From Podarcis pityusensis (Eukaryota): a stretch of DNA of 64,000 bases. The notes below the pieces were generated by a model that saw nothing but the letters and a program-made list of their open reading frames with translations, was not told where the DNA came from and searched no databases. A program made the translations under genes and the position numbers. Of the stretch, positions 12,132 through 24,598 are shown one piece after another; positions within the stretch are counted from its first letter, which is position 1, and each line of letters opens with the position of its first letter. Location of the stretch: assembly GCA_964106645.2 (NCBI GenBank), contig OZ067039.1, one strand, 5' to 3'.

Positions 12132-13473
12132 ATAGGCCCCATGGTTGGACAACTCTGTGCTCTATCCTTTGATTACTTTCACTTGGAAGCATGAACTGCC
12201 TCTGTGTTCAGACATTTGAACTGATTTCAGGCGATATGAAAGTGGTTTGTAGTGATGACTGTTTCACACGTGGAAGACCTCCATTGATATTGATTGATAT
12301 TGCAGTCATCCAGTGATAAACATGTGTCTGTGAACTCACTTATGCTAAGCCTTCATCAAGCGTTAGTGAGGGGCTTCATGTAGAATCTCCAGAAACATAG
12401 CATGAGTGTTAAAGGTACTTTCTGCCTCTGCTGATTGCTAAGAAAGACTTGTGGGGGGGAAAGGACAGTTGTATATGTTAAAGAATTCATGAATCCTCAT
12501 TTCAGCGGTAGGGACTTTTGTCGTTTCCTCTATTTAATATCATTTTGCTTATATATGTATCTGTTTTCAGCCATCTGACTTTAGTCCATTGATGAATGAT
12601 GAGTTGCCCAGTTGAGTTGCAGTCTTTTGACATGTGTAAAGAGTCCAGGTCCCAGAAAGGCTGAGCTGTTTAGGTTGAAATTTGCCTTCTTACTAGTGAG
12701 GAGGTCAGGGAGCTGTCCAGCAAGGCGAAGGAATAGTACGTCCTGCAAGGTTGCTGAATCAGCAGGGGAGCTGTCCAGCTAAGGAGTCGGAAGTAGCACT
12801 CCACATCTAGGAACTGGGCTGAAGGAGGTGTTGCATCAGCAACATTCAGGCAGTGCATGAGAGGTTTTATAGTGGTTTTGTTCCTTCTGGAGCATCAGAG
12901 GGATGCTACTGTGGTGTATTATTGGAATTAGAGGTTTTCCTTTTACATAGTGTTCAGAGATGGAATGCCTCATGCTACCAGATTTGTGCTGCATCTTTTG
13001 GTCTGAGTATTGGAAAGGTGTGTTTGCAATCCTTCGTGTTTCTGTCTCAACACAAATCTACAGATGTCTGTTCTTCAGGTATACCTTTGTTTACACCATG
13101 TTTTTCTTTTATTTCAGTATGACTGCAATCATAATTTGTTTCATATACTTCTTGATGTGTATTCAAAAAAAATAATTCTTCAGCTGCAGCTAAATTTTCA
13201 GTCTTTTTGGGATGAAATAGTTGTACAACTTTTGCTTTAAGCTAAGTAGAATCCCATGTCTTCTGTGTATTGTTTGCCGGCCCTTTCTAGTGACTCTCAG
13301 CCACCAAGAACCACTTAATACAGGAAAATGGGTCTTTCAAGATCCTCAGCTGAGTTGCTTTGAGACTGGGTATCCCATATATTTCATGCACTCTTTTCCA
13401 TATTGCTTTATAGGCATTTTCCCCCACCAGTTGTAATGTTGATTTAAATACAGTTCATCCAAATAGTCTGGAG

Positions 13474-13474
<1 letters not shown>

Positions 13475-13508
<34 letters not shown>
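13475..13508. repeat. (CA)n microsatellite
   Basis: Direct reading. Confidence 0.95.
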
Positions 13509-13511
<3 letters not shown>

Positions 13512-13777
13512 TTCTGGTGATGTGAAGGTGGGAATCATAAGGCTTCTTTTACCAATGTCTATTATACTGATAAAAGAAAATCTGAATAAATGAAGTTGTG
13601 GGGATTTGAAATCAGAGTTTTAAAGAGAGAGAAATCAGAAAAAAATGGATATTGGTCAAATATTTACATTATTCACTTGGCTTTAAGATTATCAGCATAT
13701 GATTTCAGCTGGTGCAGAGGTCCCTAAGTACCAGGATGCTGATTCTTGGAAATGTGTATCGAATTAGCATTTTATGC

Positions 13778-14010
13778 TAGAACCCAGTGTCATTCAATGA
13801 GGCTGAATGGTGGAAGATTCAGGACAGAAAAAAAAAGGAAGTACTTCTTCATACAACACATAACTAATCTATGGAATTTGGTACCACAGGATGTAGTGGT
13901 GGCTGCCAATGTAGAGAACTTTAAAGGGGAATTAGACAAATTCATGGAGAATAAGGCTGTCTGACTATTAGTCATGATGCTATATATGACCTCCATTTTC
14001 TGAGACAGTA
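13778..14010 (+). mobile_element. CR1 LINE 3' fragment
   Basis: Encodes CR1 ORF2 C-terminus-like RKYFFIQHITNLWNLVPQDVVVAANVENFKGELDKFM. Confidence 0.88.
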
Positions 14011-16870
14011 TGGGCCGTATTCAACCAACCTGCTGTGTTGGCAGAAGTCAGTGCAAGCATTCCTGCTACAATGGGAATTCCTCCTTATCCTACCCCCATA
14101 TATGTCCCATGACATTGCTCCGAGAAATTGTGGGAACCACCAGAATAGATAGAGAGCAGCACAAGGAGCAGAAGAGGGGGCGGATATAATGCAAGCATAG
14201 TACTATCTGAATTCCTGTTGCTGGAACAGAACAGAATACTGGAACAGACAGGGGTCTGGTCTAATCCAGCAGGTTTCTTCTTCTGTTCTTATGCTGTTCG
14301 TAAACTTTTTCCAAAGCATCAGGAGCTGCCCCATGTTAGTCAGAAGAAAGGAAAGTAAGTGGGACATTGATCTGACTTGAAAAAGTTTTTCATTCTTTAC
14401 CCAGGAAGTCAAGAAAGGTTTCTCAAGTCAAAATCTGTCTGTGTAAGGAGACAGAGAGTAGATAAAACATTTGCCATTTGTGTAGAGTGGATAAAACATT
14501 TTACCAATTTTCTCAAGAGAGAAATGGACTTCTGAAAACTTATGCAGAAACCTGGCTGTGCAGTTCCCACTTTAAAGGCCAGTTGCAGACTTAAGACTCT
14601 CTAATATTCATGATGAGTGGAATCTTCCTTGATCCTCTCTATCACCTAAAGTTATTTAAAAGTTATTTAAAATAGACAGCCCTCACATTTTGAAGGAAAA
14701 CATGCATATGGACTAGGTTCCCAAAACCTAGCCAGCTACTTCTGCAACACAGATTGGGATTTGGCAAATCAATTTGGAAGCCGAAGGGACTGTCAAAAGC
14801 AGCTTGTGATAGGGCATGGCAACACACAACTCCCATTGAGTACGCCCAATACCTAAGGTAGTCCTTTGAATCCTGGCCATTATATCCTGCTGACCATGAA
14901 GTTCAAAAAGCCTTCTGAGAAGGAATTTTGCAAATCTGCTGCTTGACAGATGTCAGTCTTCTGAGCAGGCCCATTTGTCACATCACAGAAGCAAAATAAA
15001 AAATAACAATTTGCAGTTGAGTGGGGGAGGCAAAGAGGGGAACTTGTATTGAGGACTCACAAGACTTATTGAACAATCTGAGTGATTATTGGTAGAGGCA
15101 TGGGTTTGTGACTAGACAGGAAGAATGAACAAACCACCCCCATCTTTAATTTCAAAGAGACTTGTTTTCAATTTCTGCCTGGCTCAGCCCCACTATCATA
15201 TGCTACATTTGTCAGGGCCATTCATGTTTCTTTTCAAACGTGAGTTAGGATTGTTTGCATTTTAATCACCCTTTTAGAACCCTGTTCCCCCCTTTCAAGT
15301 TTTGCCCTAGGCATGAAAGCTTGTTGGACAACTGAATAGCCTGACTGTATAAAGCTCAGAAAAGACTGAAAAAGTAGGAAGAGGCAGCAGTGACCCCCCC
15401 CCCAACTTGCAAATTGTATGAAGCTTATCAAGAGGAGACAGTTTCCCATTGGTTCCCCTATTACCCGGGAGAAGAAGGCCTTTTAGCAGGATCCTTATGC
15501 ATTTTATATTTACCGACTGTCCCAATAGCAGATAAAGGCAAATAAGGTGCAATGGATGGAATGAGGTCTAGGTGTTTTCCCAACCCCCTGATCTCAATTG
15601 TGCAGAAGTGATATGAACTTTCAGGACTTTGCTACTCAAACTTTGAAGGTGGAATTGGGCATTGCCCCATCAGACCAGTCAGTGCCCCTTCACAACCTAA
15701 TAAAAATTTTGACTGCATCATCTTGCATCACAATGCCACCACAAGATTCCAGTGGCCCGGGTGGCATTGGAGATGGGCAGCTGCCTGCTTCCTTGAAGTG
15801 CTGCACTTGAGAAAGCCCTTGTTAGAAAGGAGCCGTTTCATCTCATTCTTTTATTTCCCAATCATTCCCATGGTTTCCTTGCTGCAGCCTCAAAAACACA
15901 CACACACAACAGTTTCCAGTGGATGTAATTCAATTCCGAGAAAACAAAATAACCACCTGCGCATGTGGCTGGGATTCCCTCCCCCCACCCCCGCCAGTCT
16001 GCTCTCTCACACTGCCCGTCTTCACCTATTTAAAAAAAAAAAAAATCTATAAGAGAGAAGCCGAAGAAGGGAACTTGATGAGAAATTCGTATGCCAGCCT
16101 TCCCACCATTGTAATTTCATTCTGTCTTTGTAATTGTCTGATATTACATTGTTCCCTGCCGGAAGATTAATTAGCTAGTCTTACCCTCCAACATACCATC
16201 CCTCTGAAACCCTCAAGGAAGCTGGCGTGGTGCCAAGTCTTACGTATTTGCTATGCAGGCTGGCAGCTGCTTCTCTTCTCCCTTAACAACAGTTGCTGTG
16301 CCAACTGACCCCCTTTTCCCCTCCCTCCCCCCATTGCTCCCCTACCCTGCGCCAAAAGAGGTAGCTAAGTTTTAATGGCAAAGGCTTCTTGGTGGGGGTG
16401 GAAAGAGGAGGGGAAAGGGGGGAAATAATAATAATAATAATAATATTTTTTTTAATAAAAGACCCGCGCGCACACAACCCGAAAGTCTGATTGGCATAAT
16501 TACTCACACTCATTAAGTATGGCTGCACTGCATATGCAAATCGAGCGAGTCAAGTGCACAAGGCGCGTCAAAGCTGCTGGAGCACCAATAATGCCTTTCA
16601 GATTCCTCAGTCCTGTCTAGCGTTGTTGGGAAGAATGCGAGCGAGATGGCATCTTGCAGGGATGGTGTGCCGGACTGACAGAAAACAGCCTTTGCATTCA
16701 AGCTCAAGACCTATGACGTTTTAAACAGAGAGATCCTTGAACAGGGAGGACAAGAGAGGGGGAAAGAAATCAGGAACAGAGGGGAAGGAAAGAAAATGGG
16801 GCAGGGGGAGTGAAAGGTGGGAAGGCATGGGGAACGTGGCCAGCCATTTTGGATTTAAAGGAAACAGTGG

Positions 16871-17070
16871 NNNNNNNNNNNNNNNNNNNNNNNNNNNNNN
16901 NNNNNNNNNNNNNNNNNNNNNNNNNNNNNNNNNNNNNNNNNNNNNNNNNNNNNNNNNNNNNNNNNNNNNNNNNNNNNNNNNNNNNNNNNNNNNNNNNNNN
17001 NNNNNNNNNNNNNNNNNNNNNNNNNNNNNNNNNNNNNNNNNNNNNNNNNNNNNNNNNNNNNNNNNNNNNN
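16871..17070. other. Assembly gap (200 N)
   Basis: Run of N. Confidence 1.
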
Positions 17071-19194
17071 CCCGATCCCACACTGAATACCTCGGCACGC
17101 TGGGCAGTATATATTTTCCGCTTTTGTTTGGCTCAGTCTTTGTTTTTGGCAAAGGATTTAAAAAGAAAATTAGCCTCCCTCTGCCTCCATTATTTCCGCA
17201 CGTTCATTTTTAATGCTGAGAGCAGACTTAAAAGAAAAAATCGGCAAATACCAAACAAACATGTTCGAGCAAAGGTGTTTTTTTTGTTTTTTTGATGAGG
17301 GATTGTGACTTTTCTTCCCAGCCAATAGACTCATTTTAATTTTCATCCCATTTCTGTTTGCATCTGTGTTTGTGGTCTATCAAAGAAAGCTCCCCCCCCC
17401 CCAGGCGACTCTCGTCATACAGCGCTGATGAATGAATTGTTGCTATGTTGTTGTTTTTGGGAGGGGGGGATGGAGGGAAGATGTAATTCATAAGCTTAAT
17501 GAAAACAAAAATTGGCACATACATAGATCCTAACACAAGTGGTGGACCAGTGCAAATTAAACTGCAGACAATTAAGTTACCTTAAAGATTGGATGCTTTT
17601 GCTGAGGGTCTCCAAGTAGCTATGACTGTCTTCTAATGCTCCATATTGGTTGGAATGTGACTTGTTTGTTGCTTAGGTTCACTGTTGTTGGTTTTTTTGC
17701 CACAGAGTAAAGCGATGTGGAGAAATGCACATCTCCCCCCACCCTACCCTAGTGGGTTTCCGGGTGGGATTTCTTGCTGTGGCTAAGGTAGCATGGGAAT
17801 TTTGACAATAGAGGATATGCTGCTTCTGAAAGTGGGTCATTAAAAAAAGAAAAGTAGATAAATGGGAGGAGGGAAGGACCCCTGCAATTACCAGTACTAA
17901 GAGCTCGTAAGAATATTTTGGACAGGCTACACCTTGGTTACAGTTTTGTTTATGCAAGATGCTGCATCCAGTGGCAGGAGCCAAGCTTGCAGATGGTGTA
18001 CGTTGTTTTGTCAACCAAACTGCAATGCACGCTTGTGGGTTTCCACTTGGCAGTCAACGGAGGCTTTGCAAAAACATTTTGTCTTGCCTTCGCGAGCGCG
18101 TGCCATCTCTGAGAGACAGCAGGGTTTCCGTGGCACAGTCTTGGCAGTAGGGAGCGGTAAAATGTTTTCTAAGCAGATGACACGGAAACTGCAGGAAGTG
18201 ATCTAATATTATCATGGGGTCTAATTAAGCTCTACCAAGCTTAATACCGAAGCTCCGATGGAATACTGGAGCTGAAACGTACCACTGGAGGGTCTCTCCA
18301 GCCCCTTCTCCCCCCCTTCACATCTTTGTGTACTACACGAACATGAATTAAACTCTGATGAATGTGGTATTAATTAATTACACGAAGATGTGCATGGTAA
18401 GGGAAAGGGGAGTTGTGTGCTATGCAAATGAGCCTAGGATGAACGGCTGTAAATTTGTTTTATGCTGCGTTGTTTTCCCTTCTCTCTTTGCCCACAAGGT
18501 TGAGTGACAAAACTGTGTGTTAATAAGTCAGCACGCCTAACCTGCAGGCACCAAACACAGGCATCCGAGAGATTTACAGCCATCTGTCTCACAGTGTCAA
18601 GATGAGCGGTAGGAAGGGGGTGACTCGAAGGAAGAAAAGGGAGCTCTTACAGCCAGTGCCGCCATTTTCTTGCACTCGAGAGGGTGGGTGAGAAATCTGT
18701 GTTGCACCTCCTGAAATGGCTGTTCAGAAAAAGAGAGCTCACTCAAGAGTTCACCCCATTTCTTCTCCAGAAGGAGCCAAGTTCTCAAGAAGGAATTATG
18801 TCATGTTGTTAGAGATAGAAACTGCTTGCTACGATGCTATTAGCTAAATAACTCTTTTTTTTTAAGGAATTAAAGCAAAAACACATACATCCAAGTGCCA
18901 TCTGCTTAAATTTACACACCTGTTCCTCAGCACTGATTATCAAAGGATATTCTACATTGTTACAGAAACAATAATGTCTACGAGATACCCAACGATGTGA
19001 CCAGTGTCAAGCAAACAATCACAAATAATGTAGGTCCTTGTTTTCTACCCAGTAAATTAGGCAGATCTGCACACAGCTGGATTTTAACCTATTCCCAAAC
19101 GTAAGGATACCTTATAGGCATGGAATTGTAGCCAACTAAGTTTCACTTAAAGTAGGCCCACTGAAATTGATTTGCTTATTAAATTAGTCACATT

Positions 19195-19360
19195 CAGTGC
19201 TTTTTTTCTAAAAAAAAAAAGTTTAGGGGTGCTCTCATTTTGACTCAAGAAAATCACCATTTTATAGTTTAAACAGGGAAAAATAAATAAATAAATGGAC
19301 AAAAGTGCAAAGATTCACAAAATGTTTAGGGGTATGCGTACCCCTGCATCCGCCCAGAAA
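19195..19360. mobile_element. Non-autonomous DNA transposon fragment
   Basis: Starts cagtgctttttttc; internal repeated gtttaggggt; right end appears truncated. Confidence 0.5.
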
Positions 19361-20602
19361 TGTGAATGTGACCTATGGCTGCTGAATAAAAAACCCCCCT
19401 TAATTTTAGTCTATTTATGCAGGCAAGTTTCCAGTCTCTCAGTAGGAAAGTACATGTGAGACAGGAAGGGGACAGCTTAAAGTGTGCAACTCCACAGAAA
19501 CTGCACACTCTAACCACATAAGGGAAGATTGATTCACCAACTGATATTCTGACAAAGTTTATGGCAAAGTACTATAATTCATAATAAAATTCTAGTGACA
19601 TTATTACCTCTGTGAATTTTCTACTAATAGACAAACCCATCCAAATACTCAGTTTAATTCAGTTGCCTGGGGCGGTGTTCAACGACTGAGAACCGTAGAG
19701 TCAAGGATTTCCACATGTGCAAAGATACTTTCCCCACCTCTTCTCCCCCTGCATATAGCCCACAGCCTCCCAAATCTGCTCCAGAGGGTTGAGTGAACCC
19801 CAGGAACAGATTTAGGTGCACAGAATGGAGAAGACGGAATGAACATTCTGTTGCTCTGTTGAATCTCACCCTTGGTTTAACTCCCCCGCCTCCCAGCAAT
19901 ATCTTAAGTAACCCAAATATATTGTCCATTGCACATTTCTTCTCCTCCTCCACCTGTTCCTTTTCCTTTCATCGCTCTGACTAATCCACACTCAGAATTC
20001 TGTGCCTTACATGTCTGTTTTACTGCCTGCCAACTCTGTGGCTAGGCTTTCCCAGATTCCCATGCCTTCTATCCTGCAAATGATACAGGTGACACTCAGC
20101 AAAATAAGGGCCAGTCTGCCTGTTACATACCTCACAATGCAAGCCAGATATGTGTGCTCTTGAGGAATCCTGTGTGGTCTGAAATGCATGTGTGTGACTC
20201 CAACTCCTGAAATTGTACCCCTGCAAAGTAGGAAAAGGAACCAGCACACTAGATAGGATGCACAGTGGTTGCATATTCTTTCAGGGTCCCATTTTCTGGC
20301 AAAAGTCACCCAAGCCAGTGTTTATCAAGGGTTTGCCTTATCTTATTTGCAATGCCACAGGCAGTGTTTGAATTACCAGGAAGTAGAGTCACCATTTGTC
20401 CTAATTTATGGGGCATGGTCTTCTGTTTTGAAGGTGCCCTCAATTTGATGGCTATCCAGTCATAAGGGAGAGCAAGAGCCTTAAAGTTACCCATGAACAG
20501 TTAGCAGCACCCAGTCAGCATACCAAGCAGGTCCACAAATCACCAGGTGCTTTCCCTGCTATGGTGAGAAGTATTCATACTGTCAATACTCACTTTTTAG
20601 GG

Positions 20603-20722
20603 CACTTTTTTGGGTACCCAGCTGTTGTTAGACTACAACATTCCTGACCACTGGTCCTGCTAGCTAGGGATAATGGGAATTGCAGTCCAACAACAGCAGG
20701 GGACCAAAGTTTGAGAAACACT
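20603..20722. mobile_element. Degenerate palindromic hAT MITE nested in L2
   Basis: gctgttgttagactacaa / ttgcagtccaacaacagc; same family as 24463-24598. Confidence 0.7.
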
Positions 20723-20986
20723 TAGAGAAAGAAGTTGTGGTGCAACAATTGCAAATACTCTTGGATGAGACAAATATTATCTTCTTGACCCATTTCAGGC
20801 TGGGTTCAAGCCTGATAATGGGATTGAATCGGTCTTGGTTGCCCTGATGGGTAACCTTTATTGGGAGAAGGAAAGTGTGACTCTTCTGTTCTTACTTGAT
20901 CTCTCAGTGGCTTTTCATACCATTAGTATCCTGAGGTGACGTAATGAGATGGTTATCGGAGGCACTGCTTTAATGTAGTTCTATAG

Positions 20987-21180
20987 TAGGGTTGCCATAT
21001 TTCAAAAAAGTGCATTTTTATTTTTTGCCAGAGTTAATGAAATTCACCAAAATCTACACTTCTGAAAGGCTGCCATACATCTGGATTTCCCCAGACATTT
21101 CAGCGATTTCCGCTCAGACGCTGTTTCTGATGGCCGAAACCTGGATATGTCTGGGAAATTCTGGACGTAGGGCAACCCTA
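20987..21180. mobile_element. MITE nested in L2
   Basis: TIR tagggttgcc/ggcaacccta; flanking direct repeat tatag at 20982-20986 and 21181-21185. Confidence 0.8.
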
Positions 21181-22467
21181 TATAGCATTGGTTGGTTGTG
21201 TTCCAGTCCCCTGGCAGTTATGCTGTGGGGTGCTGTAGGGTAGTAGCTTGTGCCCAATGCTGTTTAAAATCTGTAGGAAGCCATTGGACAGAAGAAGATT
21301 TGGGGCAAGGTGTCATCCGTACTCTGATGCTACTCAGCTCTGTTATTCTCTAACATCTGAATCAGGAAAGGTCATGCAAGTCCTGGACTGGTGCCTGGAC
21401 TCAGTGGTGGACTGGACGAGGGCCAAGAAACTGACTGATTCCTGGCAAGGCAGAGGCACTATGTGTGGGTGGTTTCTTTGTCTGAATAATTGGTTAATTG
21501 CCTGCTTTGGATGGAGTTGTGCTCTCCCTGAAAGAGCAGTTCATAGTCAGGGGCTGCTCCTGGATCCATCGTTATTGCTGGAGGCCTAGATGACATCGGT
21601 GCCTTTTACCACCTTTAACTGCTAAGAATAGCTAGGGCTGTTTCTGGACTGGGATAGCCTCAACACTCATCCATGCACTGTTAACCTCCAGACTGGATGA
21701 CTGCAATGTGGAGCTGCTCTTGAGGCTGGATCTGGCAGCGGCTGCTGGTGCAAAAGGCAGTGGCTCGACTGCTCACAGGGGCAGGATATTACCAATTCAT
21801 TATTCAGCTATTAAAAGAATTGCATTGGCTGTCAATTAGCTACTAGGCTGAGTTCAGGGTCCTGTTTTGGGTGTATAAAGCCCTATACACCTTAGGATCA
21901 GGATACCTGAAAGATAATCTTGTCCCTTCTATGCTCAGTTGATCACTGCGCTCTGCAGATACAAGCTTCCTGCAGATTCCATTTTATCAGGAGGTCCGTT
22001 CCACACAGTATGGGAATTGGGCCTTTAGTGTCGTGGCACCTACACTTTGGAATTCCTGTTGAATTCCATCTCTGTTTTGATGCCTTCTGAAGACCTCCTC
22101 CTTCAAAAAAGCCTTTTAAATTGAGATCTTTCCCAGTCTACATCTGTATTGGAATTGTTTTAAAGATGTTCTTAAATGTTTTTATTGCTTCATCGCTTTC
22201 TGTTTGCCACCCTGGGCTCCTTTGGGAGGAAGGATGGGACATGAATTAATCAAACAAATACTAAATATTTAAACTATAGCAATTATTTCCACATTTGCAC
22301 CTATGCATATAAATTACCTTTGCAAGTTTTATGCCGACTGCTGCCGCCTTTGTCTTCTTTCTCTTCTGGTGATGCCAGTCCTCTTTTTTGACAATATATA
22401 ACTGGCCACACTAGGGGAGGGCAGAGGGAACCAATCCCTTTACCTTTTACAGTGCCTCCTTTAATTA

Positions 22468-22709
22468 CAGTGGTACCTCAGGTTAAGTACTTAATTCGTT
22501 CCGGAGGTCCGTTCTTAACCTGAAACTGTTCTTAACCTGAAGCACCACTTTAGCTAATGGAGCCTCCTGCTGCTGCCACGCCGCCGGAGCACAATTTCTG
22601 TTCTCATCCTGAAGCAAAGTTCTTAACCCAAGGTAATATTTCTGGGTTAGCGGAGTCTGTAACCTGAAGCGTATGTAACCTGAAGCGTATGTAACCTGAG
22701 GTACCACTG
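22468..22709 (+). mobile_element. Tc1/mariner-pogo (Tigger-like) MITE
   Basis: 18-bp TIR cagtggtacctcaggtta/taacctgaggtaccactg with TA TSD on both sides. Confidence 0.95.
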
Positions 22710-24121
22710 TACTGCATTTAGAAGGCTGCCCTAACATTGTGGAAGGGGGGGGAGAGATTTTGGATTTTATTAAGGACCTACCCCACCCCCATGATTTGCC
22801 ATATTGACATACCAGGGCAAAATCCCAAGACCCGTGAAGTTAACCAAGTTACACAAAGAGTCTCCTGAAAAGCTTCTAGGCCTGGGAGCCTGGCTTCTGA
22901 GCCTCTCATTTAAACACTAGCAACGGAGCTTTGCTCCAGCACAATGGCACTAAACGTAAATATAGGTTCGCTTTTAAATGACTGGTTAAGTTGACTGCTA
23001 GCTTGAAGCGATTGCGGTTCTGAAATCCTTGAACCTGTGGGAAATGCCACTGGAAAGGGATAAATACAAGTTACTGAACAGCATGTAATAAAACATTGCA
23101 TTTAACTCTCCTAATACCAGCCCTCATTAATTAAACCTCACGCCCTCCCCCCTACCGCAAGGTAGGTAACAATAACAGCATTGTGCAGATGGGCTGTGTG
23201 GGAGACTTGGAGAGCTTAAGGTGATTTCCTGAAGGTTACACAGTTAAGTCTGTGAAGAATAGACCACCAAGGACTAGACAAGCCTCTCCATTTCCATACT
23301 GCTTGATTAATTGTGGCATTTCTTCTCCTCAAGCCATTAGGAAAAAGGCCAGCGCTGAGTGGGTTAAAGGCAGCTTATCAAATTAGGCATTAAACTAAGT
23401 GGAGAGAAAGCGCTGGTAAGAGTTTGTAGAAAACCATTCAAATTACAAGTGTGGGTTACAGTAATTGCTAAATTATAGTGTGGCTGCTTCATTGAACACA
23501 ACCCTGACCTACCCCCCAACATTAACGATATGCAGGGGCTGACTCTGGCAGACAAAACCCAGGGAGTCCTAAGTTATAGTTTAACACTCTTATTATGATT
23601 ATTATTATGATTATTACTACTACATTAGCACCTAGAGGACCTAGCCAAGGATCATTGTGCTGGGAACAGCACAGTCACAAATAATAAAAATGTTAAATCT
23701 GACAATTTAAGTAGTCATGAGAGACAGTGAGGACTGGAGAACGGTGAGCGGAAGGTAGCTTGGCACAGAGAACTGGTGTCGTGTTGGCCTCCGAAAAGGG
23801 GTAACGAGAGATGTGCGAAAAGCAGTTAAATTGATATCTGTTTTATGACTAGTTATTAAGAAATGTAACCGAAGTGTTCCTAGGCGCTGCTTCACACATG
23901 CATGTCCATTTCTTGATGGCTGCAACATCGTGTGGTGACTTGTATGTAAGAATGGACCATCACAGATTGCAGTTTTGGATTACCTTAAAAGCAGTGATTT
24001 CAGATGTCCAGCAGCTGGTCATCAAGTGGACATTCATCAGGTGACATAAAGGCATATGTGAACCAACTAGACTTATGGGCTGCATTTGAACATTATAGTA
24101 AACCAGATTTCCGTGGTACTT

Positions 24122-24147
24122 TGTGTGTGTGTGTGTGTGTGTGTGTG
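24122..24147. repeat. (TG)n microsatellite
   Basis: Direct reading. Confidence 0.9.
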
Positions 24148-24462
24148 CTTTTAAATTGTTTTAAGTATGTTCAGTGCTGTTTTTAACAGAGTTACTTATT
24201 TAATTAGTTTATTTAATATTTGTATTGATCTTGTGTGTTTTAGTAGTATTTGTTTCAATTCATGCTGTGAGCTGCCTTGGGCCCTGCACTGGGAAAAAGG
24301 CAGGATAGTAATAATAATATGAACTCAAGGGTTGCATTTCCTCATGGACACATTTCAGGGCCCACATGACACTGGTGGGCTAGTCCAGAAACAAAAGTGG
24401 GAGGAGCAATGTGTGTTTTTCATGCACCTGCACCCCAATCATATCTCTGCATTCATCTAGGC

Positions 24463-24598
24463 CAGCCATAGGCAAACTCGGCCCTCCAGATGTTTTGGGA
24501 CTGCAACTCCCATCATCCCTGACAATTGGTCCTGATAGCTAGGGATGATGGGAGTTGTAGTCCCAAAACATCTGGAGGGCTGAGTTTGCCTATACCTG
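24463..24598. mobile_element. Fully palindromic hAT-type MITE
   Basis: 136-bp near-perfect fold-back; perfect 8-bp TSD atctaggc at 24455-24462 and 24599-24606. Confidence 0.93.

Larger units (their letters stand above)
20570..22260 (+). mobile_element. L2-clade LINE 3' part with decayed reverse transcriptase
   Basis: Broken frames give LDPFQAGFKP, LLDLSVAF, PMLF and YSDATQL (YADDTQL-like); A-rich tail near 22250; two nested MITEs. Confidence 0.88.

Noticed and set aside
12708-12779. 14-bp direct repeat gggagctgtccagc
   Set aside because: Only two copies with no associated structure; plausibly an old local duplication
16721-17295. Long ORFs on both strands
   Set aside because: Artefacts of the 200-N gap
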